This document shows positions 26,792-37,628 of a stretch of 64,000 bases of DNA, one piece after another. Numbering within the stretch: position 1 is the stretch's first letter; the number at the start of each line of letters is the position of its first letter. Position numbers and translations under genes: made by a program. The notes beneath the pieces were generated by a model that was not told where the DNA came from, ran no database searches, and saw only the letters and a list, made by a program, of their open reading frames with translations. Source of the stretch: Nanobdellota archaeon (GTDB taxonomy: Archaea; Nanobdellota; Nanobdellia; Woesearchaeales; JAHIVG01); contig JAZDHH010000004.1 of assembly GCA_043806015.1 (NCBI GenBank), forward strand, positions 60,678 through 124,677. Reading direction: 5' to 3'.

Positions 26792-29700
26792 GGCCGCATA
26801 CCCGCCACAAGGCCAGGCGCGCAGACCAGCGGAAGCTCCTGTGGTCTTCTGCCGCGCTGGCCGCCGTCCTCCTCGTGGTGCTTTTCCTGACGCTGCATGA
26901 CAAAGAGGGACGAGAGAACCTTTTCGGAAAGCGGGCCATTGCCCTCGAGGGACCGGGACCGGTCCGGTATGCAATCGAGTTCAGCGAACCTGGATCCGCC
27001 TACGCGACCATTCTCCTGTCCCAGCCGGTGAGCATGCTCCAGATCGCCACAGAACAGTCCTGGGCGACAGCATCGGTCGTCTCCAAGAACGCTGCACTGC
27101 TTTCGCCTTGCATCAGCTATCCCTGCGTGCTCCCGCTCACCGTCACCGCGAAAGAGAAGGGCAAAGTCACCCTGGTCATAACGTATCAGCTCCAGCAGAA
27201 TACCAACGGACAATCCGCTCCGCCTCCGACAGAGGAGATTGCCAAGGATAAGGTATTCTCAGACAGCAAGGAGCGGTCGAACAAAGCGCTGATCAGAGGC
27301 ATCACCAGCGACTATAGCAAGGCGAAGTTCGTCAAGCCTGACAAGGATTATCTGGTTACCGATATCCTTGCGGTGTCCGGCGACATCTCCTTCCGCTCTG
27401 CGGATATCACGCTCAAGAAAAGCAAGGCGGCCACGGTGATCTATCGATGCATCGACTTTTCCTACGACCTGGAGACCTGCCCGCTCTGGGAAAGGACAGA
27501 CATCCCCTTTTCCCAAACAAAGGACGTCGTAACGTTCACGGTCAGCTCCTTCAGCGCCTATGCCGCGGGCATCGTCGACAATAGGCAGGAAGACCAGCCT
27601 CCTCCCTGGGAACAGGTCGTAGAACAGCCGATCTATCGGGAAGGAGATGCCTCATTGACCGCCAGCCCGGTCAACCTTGAAACGCATTTCTCCGGAGGCA
27701 TGCACAACGGCACCTCTCTCGGTGAGAGCGGCCTCGAACTCGAGACCGGCGTTGACGAAGGGCAGTGGGAATCGCCGGTCTTTTATGTGCCAGAAGAAAA
27801 CCTCCACGGCTTCTGGAACAACCTGGAGGGGGACGCGAACTGGGACGACTTCGGCCTCAACCTTGTCGAGGGGGGCGGCTTCGAGCCGGGAGACTTCATC
27901 GAGGGACCGCAAGAGATGTGGTGGCTCGGCGGGCTTTCCGAGACTTCTGAGCGCCAGGCGTACTGGAACTGCAGCCACAGCCATTCGGGAAGCTGCTCAT
28001 TTACGGTGAATACATCCTATAACAATCGGGGTGGGGCGTTCCGCTCCCGGGTCGTGTTCGACGCCGACAACACCTGGAACGTGGTCGAGCAGGCCAACAC
28101 CTTCCCGGTCTACAACGATGACATCATCCATGTGGTCGCCTGGATCCACACCGACATCCCCCAAGGGAAATCCAAGCCCTCGCTCGAGACCATCCGCAGC
28201 CTCAACAACATCACCTTCGGCCGCACCAACAAGAACAACCGGATGGCGCATCTCGATTTCGCCGGGAAGACCAACGGCTACATCAGGTACCAGGCCGAGT
28301 ACGTCATGGACGGCATCATCCCGGATGACGGGTATACTTACTTTGCCTATCCCCAGTTCGAGTTTGACTACCTGCAAAGCTATGTGCCGGCAAGGTTGTT
28401 TTGGATAGACAACCTGCGCGTGTTCAGGGACTCGCGCATCATCGTGCAGGCGCGGACGAGCGATGATCCGGATTGCGATCCCGCCACGTTCTCTCCATGG
28501 TACAGGAGGCCGGGGAGGCTCCTCTATGACAACCAGGTGCAGGTCCCGGGCATCATCTCCCGCTGCGTGCAATTCAGGATCACCTTGAAACGGATCGACT
28601 CCGGGCCTGCCGCCGGACAGTCTCCCGAGCTCCGCAGGCTGAACTTCACCTTTTCCAAGGCATACGACTTCACCAGGCCTGAGCCGGACATCAAGCTTTC
28701 TTCCTTCACCATGGACGATCCTCCTGCCCTGGATGTCATCCTCCTCAACGATACCGACGGCGAGCTCTACGATTCAACTACAGGGGAGCACGTGCGCCTC
28801 TTCGGCCTGCAGGTCGGCGACAATGTCCCTGAATCCGGCCTCTATAGCAGCCCTGAAGATTTCGCCTCATCCATCTGCAGCTATGCCGAGAAATACGGCT
28901 ATAATATCATCAAGTTCAGGTCACAGGGAGACTCGGAACCGGAGATCATCTCCTCCCTGGCCTGGTACGGCCCATTCATCCAAGAATGCAAAAACAAGGG
29001 CGTCCGCTTCTTTTTCCGGTTCACGCCGCTCAACTACCTTGACGCCCAGTTCCCTGGAACAGGCCTCTGCAACAACCAGCTCTTCTGCGGGCCGGTCGAG
29101 TTCACCTCGGACGAGGTCCTCGCAAAGTACAAAGAATACGTGGATTTTATCCTCGACCATCAAACCAACGGCGTCCGGATGGGTGACGATCCCGCGTTTG
29201 TCTTCTCAGAGCTCATGAACGAGGTAACACTGCTGACCGGATGGCGGCATGACAAGCTTGACGGCATCAACAACGACATTTCAACAGATACCATGCCGTA
29301 CATCAGGGATATCAGCCCCTACTACAACAGCTCGCTCATCAGGCTCTGGAACCAGTGGCTCTGGGCTAACTATCCGACCTACCCGGAGCTCTGCGAGGCA
29401 TTCGGCGGGTGCACAGAAGGGATGCTGGTGCCCTTTGTGGCCAAGGATGGCGCTTGCGACCAACAAACCTATGAGTCGCGTGACCTTGACCAGTGCAAGA
29501 TCATCATCCTACCCTATTCCAACTACAGCTACAACTCCTCATTCGCCGACCGCAACGATGTCCTCCTCGAATTCCTATTACAGAGAGAGGAATATTTCTA
29601 TCTTGAGATGAAGGAACACATCCAGTCACAAAGCCATATGCTTGTCGCCGGCGGCAAGCCGCGTTGGGGCCTTGATCCAATCACTGATGCCCCGGATGAG

Positions 29701-32700
29701 ATTACGGACCTTGCCGACCGCCACCCTTATGGATCCACATCCGAAGGCCATTGGCCGGAGGACAATTACCATATCACCGTCGACAACCAGCCGATCATGA
29801 GGCGCCTGGACAATAGCTTCATCCAGTACCGCCCCCATGAAGGAAATGCCATGATAGCAGGCGAGACGGCCTACACGCCTTTCTCCCCGCATGCGGTAGA
29901 ATACCTGCTCATGCCTCTCCTCCTCGCCAGCCAGGGATGGGATGGCACGGCACAATTCATCTATGAGGTCGAGGATCCTGACCCTGACCGGGCCATGAAC
30001 TTGTTCACGTTACCCTACCAATCCCCAATCGTTGCGCTGCAGCCCGCCGCGAGCAGGCTGTTCCGGCGCGATGTGCGGACAGCGCCTTCCAAGGAAATAA
30101 ACCTGACCAGAGCATCGGCAAGGGACTTCAGCCTTGAACCCCCCTTTTACCTGGGTTATAGAGACCCCGCAAATCTCTTCATCTACAATGTCATCTGGGG
30201 AAGCCTGAACGCGACATCCGACAGGCTGCCGAGCGTTCCCACCTATCTTTCGCCACCTTACCGGGCGGCGACAGGGAATTTTGAGTTCGATGTGGAGAAT
30301 CGCATCGTGCGGATCATGACCAACGGCACGGAAGGGGCGTTCGGGGACCTGGACGGCAAGACCTTTGCATTCGACTTCCTTCAGTTTTCGCTCAATCAGG
30401 TGCAGGGAACGCCGAGCATGGCCGTCCTCCTGACCAGCCTCGATGACGCGCCGCTGGCGAGCTCGCAACGCATGCTGCTCACGCTGGTCGCCAACGCCGA
30501 CAATTCGTTCCATATCTGGGACACCTACCATCATAGCGGGCGCTGCGACGGAAACATCACTCCTTATGCTTGTTCGTATTATAAGGTCCAGGCATGGGGA
30601 GGCACTCCGGTCTGGATGGCCGGCATAGACGCTGAAATCAGCCTGGAAAGCCCAAATCCGGTCAGGGTTTATCCTCTCGACCTCAATGGCACAAGGCATG
30701 AGGAGACAGCATTCACCGTATCACCGGTTGGCGGAGTCGTAACCTTCAGTGTAACGGCGGATCACCAGACGCCATGGTTTGAAATCACGGTCCAGGGAGA
30801 TTGCGAGGACGAGTGCTCTCCTGAGGGAGCCACCACCTGCATGGACAATGCAACGACTGCCGCCTGCGGATATTACGATGGGGACGCCTGCCTGGAATGG
30901 GGTGATACGCAGGGATGTGGAATAACTCTCTGCAATCAAAGCCTGCACGAATCCGGCAGCTGCCAGAACAGCTGCGTGGCCGGAAGCTGCGTTGCCTGCG
31001 ATCCTGAAGCGCTTGACCTCTGCTCTTGCGAGCAAGGATGGGCTCTCTGCGCAGGGGATGTTTCCCACGACTGCAGCTGCGTCCTCCTCGACCAAAGTCC
31101 CCTGAACCTCGAGGACTACTTCCCGCTGCCGGAAGGGCATCATGACACTGCTTTCTCCAACGGGAAGCTCCAACTCGTCCCCGGCTCATTCAACGGCTCC
31201 TGGATTTCGCCGGTGTTCATGATCGAGGACCCTGATCTCCGCGGATTATGGAACTGGATGGAAGGCAAGGCGAACTGGGACGATTTCGGCCTGAACCTAG
31301 TTACGGAATACCCTGATTTTGATGGGGCCACAGAGGAGCAAATTGAGCAAGCCTGGGGCACCTGGTCAGCGGTGGATGGAAGCCTGGACTGCGTCAATGG
31401 CTATTCCGGCTGCTCCTACAAGCTCGAGTTTCCTCAGCCAGGCGCCTACTGGCCGGACTACGGCCTATTCCAGGCAAAGGTCAACGGCTCAGGCGGCCCG
31501 CTTTCCCAGCAGCACAATATCTTCCCGGTGCAAACAGGAGACTATATCCATTTCACGGCCAGGATAAAAACAGACATGGAGCATGGAGTTGCCCATCCGA
31601 AGCTCTATTTCTTGCGCAGGCAGCCTGGACAAGACGCCTATTTTGTTAGATACGAGCTGGCCAAGAATTTAGTCCTCTTCAGTTTCACAGGAATGTCGGA
31701 CGGCTACCAGCGCCTGCAAGGCGAGTTCTTCATCAACATCACGCCGGACGGCTACGAATACTTCGGCTTCCCCCATATTTCCTTCGATAAGGTCAGCTCC
31801 ATCGCTCCGAAGAGCAGCTTCCGCATAGATGACATCCTAGTCTTCAAGGATTCGCTAATCAGAGTCGCAGCAAGGACTTCAGATGATTGCGCAGCCTTAG
31901 CCGCAAACAACTCCGAGAAAGGATGGATCGAAGACCGCCTGCTCTACGACAATAAAATCAAGGTGCCGGCCATCGTGTCGCGCTGCATCCAGTTCAGGAT
32001 CAAGCTGAAGGAGAATGGGACGGCAAGGCCGGAGCTTGAAAAGCTCAACGCCACCTACTCAAAAGCCTATGATTTCACCATGGACGGCTATCTCGCGACT
32101 CCGGCAGAGTTCAACTGGGCGACCACGCCGGTGAACCAGACCGGGAGAGTCAGGGAAGAGGACGGCAGACTCCTCTTCTCGAACGACCAGGAAGCGGTGT
32201 TCTTCGGCTTCACCTCGCCGCCATACGCCCAAGGCGATTATGTCGGAGGCGATCCGGGAGGGCCTTATGGTGGCCATGATTACGAGGGCTGGGGCGACTT
32301 GATCTGCGATTACGCCGCGAAGTTCGGCTTCAACATGGTCCGATGGGGAGTCACTGGCGACGTCGACCACCAACAGAGGATCATCAGCTATTTCCAGCCG
32401 GTCTTCGAGCGCTGCCGGGAAAAAGGGGTTTATGTCTTTATGACCACCTACGGCCAAGGGACCGCGGTCACTGAGTATGGGCAGGACCGCGGCTTCGATC
32501 CCTGGGAGGGGGAGCATAGCGGATCGATGGCCATCTTCTCTGACGACGTAGTCCGGGGGTATATCATGAACGCCTCGGCATGGTATTTCAACCTGAGCAG
32601 CAACGGCCAGCCGCTCGGCCAGGACCCATTGATGGCGCTGTCCACGATGATGAACGAGGAGAGCCTGCTCAGCAACTTCCGGCATGACAAGCTCGACGGA

Positions 32701-35700
32701 GTGGTGAACGACCCGGACACGCTGGAGGGGACGACGGTCGAGGACCTCCATCCCTACTTTGTGGACAAGCTCAAGGCGCTCTTCAACCAGCGCGTCAGGG
32801 ATCGCTATCCCCAATACACCGACCTCGTCCGCGCCTGGCAAGTCCCTGGAGAGAGCAACCCCTTCCTCGGAAACGAGTACGCTCCTTGCCAGTCCTATCC
32901 CGCTGCTGCGTGCAACCTCTCCATCATCCAGTTCAACCAGTACCAGGACAACCATCGCTATGAGGGCCGCATCAACAGCACCATGCGTATCCTGCTTGAC
33001 CGCGAGATCGAGGTCTACGGCTGGATGAAAAACGCGGTGCAGAACCAGAGCACCTTGATCCTGTCGCCCGGGAAGCCGTTCTGGGGCCTTGACCCCACCG
33101 TGTTCGCCAGCAGCGAGGTCATGGACCTCATCGACCTGCATCTTTACGCGTCCCATCCTTTTACTGAAAACGGAAAGACGATCATGGCAATCAATCCCAA
33201 CCCTCAGATACCGACCTTCTTCTCGACCATCGTCGGGCCTCGGACAAAGAGCTTCCAAGGCCAAGCAACGCTGATCGGAGAGACCAGCTACACCTCGTTC
33301 TCTGACGACATCGCCGAGGACGCGCTCGTGCCGGTGCTCGGCAGGAACAACGGCTGGGACGCGATGGTGCTCTTCACTTTCTATTATAGCAACGTGTCCC
33401 AGGGGATACGGGACTGGGGCATCGCCTACAACTCGCCGGAAGCCGTCCTCTTGCCGACCATGAGCAGGCTGTTCCGACGCGACATCCCGGTGGCAGAGAC
33501 GAAAACCGTCTCATTGAAACGGAACAGTTCGTTGGACTATCACCGGATGCCTCCCTTCTTCGCCGGCTGGGCGGACCCCGCAAACGCCCTTATCTCCCAG
33601 GTCGTCTGGGGGAGCATGAACGCGACGCAAGACGATGTTTCTTCCCTCGCCCAGGACCTCGAAGAGCCCTACGAGGCTGGGACCGGCGCCTATACCTATT
33701 ACGCGCGGGACAGGAAGGTGCTCATCCACACGGCCGGGACCGAGGGCGCGGTCGGCGATTACGACGGCGCCTCCGAGAATCGCCTTCCCCACCTGTCATT
33801 CACCCTCAACCAGCACCAGGGCGTCAGCTCCTACGGCATCCTCCTCACCAGCCTCGACGACCTTCCCTTGGACAGCTCCTCCAAGATGCTGCTGACGGTC
33901 ATCGGGAACGCCGACAACTCGCACCATCTATGGGACGCCTACCATCGCACCGCGAGGACCTATGGCACATGCCCCTACACGAATGCCAGCGAGCCTGCAA
34001 TCTGCAGGAGATGGGGATGGGCGCCGGTCTGGATGGCAGCGATAGACGCCCAGGTGTCCATCTCGAGGGACACGGGATTCACCATATATCCTCTCGACTC
34101 TGACGGACGCAAGACGGGCGAGCGGTTCGACGTGGCGCCGACCGGAGGCGAGATATCCTTCTCTGTCGGAAGCCCCTATGAGACACCCTGGTACCTCATC
34201 GAGCGGAACGCTTCCTACGAAGCGTGCATCATCGGGCAGCAGATCCTCGAGCCTTGCCTCTGCGAGGGCGAAGTGCATGGCGACGGCTTCTGTTGCGAGG
34301 AGGGATGGCAAGAGGAGCCCTGCGGGTCCTGTAGGCTCCTGAACGCATCATGGGACCGAGGACAGGCGATGGAGGGAGACGCCGTCAATCTCGTCGTGGA
34401 GACTGGGCATTGCATCGGCCAACTCATCAACCTCTCGGTGTATGAGCACGATTTCCCGAATTTCAAGGAACCTGCGCTGCATTCGCCTGGCCTTGTCATG
34501 GTAGAGCAGGATAGGGTCACCGCGACCTGGATCGCGGAATACGTCCCCGATATCGCCGATCCACCTGAATGGCGCTTCGACGCCACGTTCGATGGCCAGC
34601 GAACCATCTCTGGAGACCTCCTCGTCTGGCCGCTGCCCGAGCTGCCTATCGTCACTTTGGTCAGCCCGCCGGACGACGCGGTCCTCGAGAGCCCCTTAAC
34701 CTTCAGCTGCAGCGCAGCCAGCACGGTGGAGATCAGGAACATCTCCCTTTTCACCAATATCAGCGGTTCCTGGCAGGAGCTCCTGACTGCCCCGGGAGGA
34801 GAACTGAACACCGTCGTGGATGTGCAATCCGGCTTCTACCGCTGGAACTGCTATGCCATGGACCAGTACGGCCAGCGCGGCATCGGTCCCGAGACTTGGG
34901 AGTTCGGTGTCCTGCCGCCGCAGCATTTCGCGCTGGAGAACATCAGCTTCTTCTCTCCGATCTATGACCGCGTCGGTGTTTCTTGGGAGACGAGCCAGCC
35001 AGCGAACGCGACCTTGCGCTACGGCATCGCCGGCCTCGACCACCAATGGACCAACGCGAGCTTCAGCAGGCTCCATCGCTATGTCATCGAAGGGCTTTCG
35101 CCGAACACCACCTACCAGCTCTCCATCAGCGCGACCACGCCCTGGGGCGTAACCAACCAAAGCCTTTCGGGCTTCACCACGCATGACCGCTTCGTGGCCT
35201 TTGATGAGGGACAGTCGCTGCAGCGCAGCCTTGTCAAAGTTGATGGCGACGATGTCATGATCCAGATGCCTGTCCTCAGGATTGGCTCAGGCAGCGCGGC
35301 GGTCAACGTCAGCAAGCCTTCCTGGCTCCTGGCGCATGACTTCCTCATCAATGAGGAGGGCACGTCCATCGTGCCAAGCGAGCAGGGCGATTTCCTGCTC
35401 TGGACCATCAACCTCAGCAAGACATCGAACCTGAGCTTCCTCGTGCCTGCGCCCCGCTCATTGACCAGGCAAGCCTTCAACGAGACCATGTTCGAGGCGA
35501 ACATCAGCGTCCTTGCGGGGAACCATTTCTCCGAGGTTGTGGCCGAGATGCTGCTGAACGCCAGCAACCTGACCGCATGGACGCTCTGGTGGTCCAACCA
35601 ATCTTCGTGGCAGGACATGACCCTCGCCTACAACCTCAAGGTCAAGAACGGCTCGGCCAATTTCTCCGGGTTCTCGACATCAGACCAGAACTTCACGCTC

Positions 35701-37008
35701 CACGGGAATCACTCATGCAATCCTGCCTGGGACTGCACACCCTGGTCTCAAGGCAGCTGCGGGGACCGCACCTGCACTGACATCCATCACTGCGACCTTT
35801 ACGGCTTGCAGCATGCTGAGCACCAAGACTGCGGTGGCGGAGGAGGCGGAGGAGGCGGAGGCGGAGGAGGCGGTGGAGGAGGAGGCGGCTTCCAGGGTGA
35901 CGGAGACAATGACACCAACGCCTCGGACTCGGAAAACGGCACGTCGCCCATGGAGCAGCAAGAACCCTCGACTCCCGAAGTCCCAGAATTTGGGACTTAT
36001 TCCTCGACCCTGACATTCCCCTCGATCATCGAGCGGGTCACCATCTCCTATGAGGCGACGGACGAGCAGGATTTCGCCATGGACGTCCAAGAGATCGTCC
36101 CGACAATCCCGCCGCCGGAAGGCATCATCTACAAGTTCTTCAACCTGAGCCACAACAGCAGCGAACCCCTTGAGGCGATGATCGATTTCGCGGTGGAGAA
36201 GCGCTGGATCCTTGACCATAACATCAACCGCAGAACCATCACCCTGCAACATTTCCATGACGGCGCGTGGGAGAAGCTTGCCACCTGGTCGGCCAACGAG
36301 GACTATACTCCCATGACCGGCGCGGCCATCGGCACACGCTGCGGATTGTTCAACGTCAACTGCCTCTTCGCCGGATTCCACAACCAGGCCGGGATGAGCG
36401 CCCGCTATCCGCCCACAGACTATTCCTACTTCAGCGCGGAGGCGCCGAGCTTCTCGCTGTTCGTGATCACAGGACAAGCCTCGGCCGTGTTGGAGACGCC
36501 CTTCGCTGAGGGGAATGTGCTGAAGCCCCTGCTCGGCATCCTGGCGGCGATGCTCGTGATCAGCGTGGTCTTGGCCGCGATGCTCCGGAAGAAACCTGCG
36601 GGACTCTACCCGTACATCGAAGAAGGAATCCGGACTGGCTACCGCACCAGCGACCTGCGCAACAGGCTCGTCCGCGCGGGATGGAATCCTGCTGTCGTGG
36701 ACAAGCACCTGCGCAGGGATTTCCCTGACGATGAAGCATCCCTCGACGCGATCCGCAGCCGCATCGAAGCCTTGCTCAGGTCAGGGAACTCCAAGGAGAC
36801 GATCCGGCAGGCCATGCGCAGCGTCAATCCTGCCATCCTCGAGCGGGAGCTGCAACCCTATCTCAAAGGAGGGGACAGCATCGCGATGCTGCGGCGCTAC
36901 ATCGCCTTCGCGCGCTCCCGCGGCAAATCGAGTGACGCCATCCGGAAGGAACTTCTCGACGCTGGCTGGCCAGCCGACCTTATCAGGCCTTACCTGCCGG
37001 AAGCATAG
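26788..37008 (+). CDS. Giant membrane-anchored protein with two tandem CBM-like + clan GH-A (GH5-like) glycoside hydrolase modules, Fn3-like and PGF-pre-PGF domains
   Basis: 3406-aa ORF; N-terminal hydrophobic helix; duplicated ~1040-aa module with MNE (acid/base), D.H.Y and GET.Y (nucleophile) motifs; C-terminal APSFSLFVI, TM helix and L..AGW cytoplasmic repeats. Confidence 0.78.
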   Translation: MRPHTRHKARRADQRKLLWSSAALAAVLLVVLFLTLHDKEGRENLFGKRAIALEGPGPVRYAIEFSEPGSAYATILLSQPVSMLQIATEQSWATASVVSKNAALLSPCISYPCVLPLTVTAKEKGKVTLVITYQLQQNTNGQSAPPPTEEIAKDKVFSDSKERSNKALIRGITSDYSKAKFVKPDKDYLVTDILAVSGDISFRSADITLKKSKAATVIYRCIDFSYDLETCPLWERTDIPFSQTKDVVTFTVSSFSAYAAGIVDNRQEDQPPPWEQVVEQPIYREGDASLTASPVNLETHFSGGMHNGTSLGESGLELETGVDEGQWESPVFYVPEENLHGFWNNLEGDANWDDFGLNLVEGGGFEPGDFIEGPQEMWWLGGLSETSERQAYWNCSHSHSGSCSFTVNTSYNNRGGAFRSRVVFDADNTWNVVEQANTFPVYNDDIIHVVAWIHTDIPQGKSKPSLETIRSLNNITFGRTNKNNRMAHLDFAGKTNGYIRYQAEYVMDGIIPDDGYTYFAYPQFEFDYLQSYVPARLFWIDNLRVFRDSRIIVQARTSDDPDCDPATFSPWYRRPGRLLYDNQVQVPGIISRCVQFRITLKRIDSGPAAGQSPELRRLNFTFSKAYDFTRPEPDIKLSSFTMDDPPALDVILLNDTDGELYDSTTGEHVRLFGLQVGDNVPESGLYSSPEDFASSICSYAEKYGYNIIKFRSQGDSEPEIISSLAWYGPFIQECKNKGVRFFFRFTPLNYLDAQFPGTGLCNNQLFCGPVEFTSDEVLAKYKEYVDFILDHQTNGVRMGDDPAFVFSELMNEVTLLTGWRHDKLDGINNDISTDTMPYIRDISPYYNSSLIRLWNQWLWANYPTYPELCEAFGGCTEGMLVPFVAKDGACDQQTYESRDLDQCKIIILPYSNYSYNSSFADRNDVLLEFLLQREEYFYLEMKEHIQSQSHMLVAGGKPRWGLDPITDAPDEITDLADRHPYGSTSEGHWPEDNYHITVDNQPIMRRLDNSFIQYRPHEGNAMIAGETAYTPFSPHAVEYLLMPLLLASQGWDGTAQFIYEVEDPDPDRAMNLFTLPYQSPIVALQPAASRLFRRDVRTAPSKEINLTRASARDFSLEPPFYLGYRDPANLFIYNVIWGSLNATSDRLPSVPTYLSPPYRAATGNFEFDVENRIVRIMTNGTEGAFGDLDGKTFAFDFLQFSLNQVQGTPSMAVLLTSLDDAPLASSQRMLLTLVANADNSFHIWDTYHHSGRCDGNITPYACSYYKVQAWGGTPVWMAGIDAEISLESPNPVRVYPLDLNGTRHEETAFTVSPVGGVVTFSVTADHQTPWFEITVQGDCEDECSPEGATTCMDNATTAACGYYDGDACLEWGDTQGCGITLCNQSLHESGSCQNSCVAGSCVACDPEALDLCSCEQGWALCAGDVSHDCSCVLLDQSPLNLEDYFPLPEGHHDTAFSNGKLQLVPGSFNGSWISPVFMIEDPDLRGLWNWMEGKANWDDFGLNLVTEYPDFDGATEEQIEQAWGTWSAVDGSLDCVNGYSGCSYKLEFPQPGAYWPDYGLFQAKVNGSGGPLSQQHNIFPVQTGDYIHFTARIKTDMEHGVAHPKLYFLRRQPGQDAYFVRYELAKNLVLFSFTGMSDGYQRLQGEFFINITPDGYEYFGFPHISFDKVSSIAPKSSFRIDDILVFKDSLIRVAARTSDDCAALAANNSEKGWIEDRLLYDNKIKVPAIVSRCIQFRIKLKENGTARPELEKLNATYSKAYDFTMDGYLATPAEFNWATTPVNQTGRVREEDGRLLFSNDQEAVFFGFTSPPYAQGDYVGGDPGGPYGGHDYEGWGDLICDYAAKFGFNMVRWGVTGDVDHQQRIISYFQPVFERCREKGVYVFMTTYGQGTAVTEYGQDRGFDPWEGEHSGSMAIFSDDVVRGYIMNASAWYFNLSSNGQPLGQDPLMALSTMMNEESLLSNFRHDKLDGVVNDPDTLEGTTVEDLHPYFVDKLKALFNQRVRDRYPQYTDLVRAWQVPGESNPFLGNEYAPCQSYPAAACNLSIIQFNQYQDNHRYEGRINSTMRILLDREIEVYGWMKNAVQNQSTLILSPGKPFWGLDPTVFASSEVMDLIDLHLYASHPFTENGKTIMAINPNPQIPTFFSTIVGPRTKSFQGQATLIGETSYTSFSDDIAEDALVPVLGRNNGWDAMVLFTFYYSNVSQGIRDWGIAYNSPEAVLLPTMSRLFRRDIPVAETKTVSLKRNSSLDYHRMPPFFAGWADPANALISQVVWGSMNATQDDVSSLAQDLEEPYEAGTGAYTYYARDRKVLIHTAGTEGAVGDYDGASENRLPHLSFTLNQHQGVSSYGILLTSLDDLPLDSSSKMLLTVIGNADNSHHLWDAYHRTARTYGTCPYTNASEPAICRRWGWAPVWMAAIDAQVSISRDTGFTIYPLDSDGRKTGERFDVAPTGGEISFSVGSPYETPWYLIERNASYEACIIGQQILEPCLCEGEVHGDGFCCEEGWQEEPCGSCRLLNASWDRGQAMEGDAVNLVVETGHCIGQLINLSVYEHDFPNFKEPALHSPGLVMVEQDRVTATWIAEYVPDIADPPEWRFDATFDGQRTISGDLLVWPLPELPIVTLVSPPDDAVLESPLTFSCSAASTVEIRNISLFTNISGSWQELLTAPGGELNTVVDVQSGFYRWNCYAMDQYGQRGIGPETWEFGVLPPQHFALENISFFSPIYDRVGVSWETSQPANATLRYGIAGLDHQWTNASFSRLHRYVIEGLSPNTTYQLSISATTPWGVTNQSLSGFTTHDRFVAFDEGQSLQRSLVKVDGDDVMIQMPVLRIGSGSAAVNVSKPSWLLAHDFLINEEGTSIVPSEQGDFLLWTINLSKTSNLSFLVPAPRSLTRQAFNETMFEANISVLAGNHFSEVVAEMLLNASNLTAWTLWWSNQSSWQDMTLAYNLKVKNGSANFSGFSTSDQNFTLHGNHSCNPAWDCTPWSQGSCGDRTCTDIHHCDLYGLQHAEHQDCGGGGGGGGGGGGGGGGGGGFQGDGDNDTNASDSENGTSPMEQQEPSTPEVPEFGTYSSTLTFPSIIERVTISYEATDEQDFAMDVQEIVPTIPPPEGIIYKFFNLSHNSSEPLEAMIDFAVEKRWILDHNINRRTITLQHFHDGAWEKLATWSANEDYTPMTGAAIGTRCGLFNVNCLFAGFHNQAGMSARYPPTDYSYFSAEAPSFSLFVITGQASAVLETPFAEGNVLKPLLGILAAMLVISVVLAAMLRKKPAGLYPYIEEGIRTGYRTSDLRNRLVRAGWNPAVVDKHLRRDFPDDEASLDAIRSRIEALLRSGNSKETIRQAMRSVNPAILERELQPYLKGGDSIAMLRRYIAFARSRGKSSDAIRKELLDAGWPADLIRPYLPEA
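27661..34206 (+). repeat. Intragenic tandem duplication (~27661-30792 and ~31093-34206)
   Basis: Shared protein blocks ANWDDFGLNLV, LLYDN, SRC.QFRI.LK, SKAYDFT, RHDKLDG, GKP.WGLDP, SRLFRRD, LLTSLDD.PL.SS..MLLT...NADNS.H.WD.YH. Confidence 0.9.
35833..35889 (+). repeat. GGN triplet tract encoding a 19-Gly linker
   Basis: GGT/GGC/GGA codon run within the 3406-aa gene. Confidence 0.85.
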
Positions 37009-37628
37009 CCCGCTTTTCCTCTCAGAGGCACGAAGACAAAATGACCGAGACCCTTGTTGACATAGGTCGTGCCTCGCCGCTCGACAAGGATCATCTCCTG
37101 CGCGCCCATGCGCGTCGCGACCGGGGCGATGAGCTTCCCATTATCCCTAAGCTGGGTCAGCAGCCGGAGCGGCAGCTCTGGGCACGCCGCGGTGACTATG
37201 ATGCGGTCGTAGGGGGAATGCTCCTCGAGGCCGATGCTGCCGTCATGCGTGAGCACATGGACGTTCTGCATCCCTGACCGCCTGATGTTCGCCCTCGCGG
37301 ACTGCGCGAGCGACGGGATGATCTCCGTGCTCCACACCTCGCCTCCTTCCCCGACAAGGTTTCCCAGGAGGGCCGCGTTCCATCCAGACCCGGCGCCGAC
37401 CTCGAGGACCTTGTCGCCTGGCCGCGGATCCAGGGCTTCGAGCATGATGAACACGGTGGTAGGCTGCGAGATGGTCTGGCCATGGCCGATGTCGAGGGGA
37501 GCGTCGACCCAGGCATGGCAACTGTCTTCCGGCAGGACAAACCGGTCGCGCCTCACCTGCTCGAACGCGGCGACGAGGCGCGCAGGGAACCGGGCGGCCA
37601 GCTGCCGGAGGAGGAGCGGATAGTCCAT
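36990..37628 (-). CDS. pcm: Protein-L-isoaspartate O-methyltransferase
   Basis: GQTISQP, VLEVGAGSGWNAA, PYDRIIVTAA, FVPLRG. Confidence 0.95.
   Translation of the reverse strand: MDYPLLLRQLAARFPARLVAAFEQVRRDRFVLPEDSCHAWVDAPLDIGHGQTISQPTTVFIMLEALDPRPGDKVLEVGAGSGWNAALLGNLVGEGGEVWSTEIIPSLAQSARANIRRSGMQNVHVLTHDGSIGLEEHSPYDRIIVTAACPELPLRLLTQLRDNGKLIAPVATRMGAQEMILVERRGTTYVNKGLGHFVFVPLRGKAGYASGR

Noticed and set aside
35833-35889. GGN tract as a phase-variation switch
   Set aside because: Mixed in-frame Gly codons; slippage would change linker length, not frame. Similar Gly/Ser linkers precede the other PGF-pre-PGF domains
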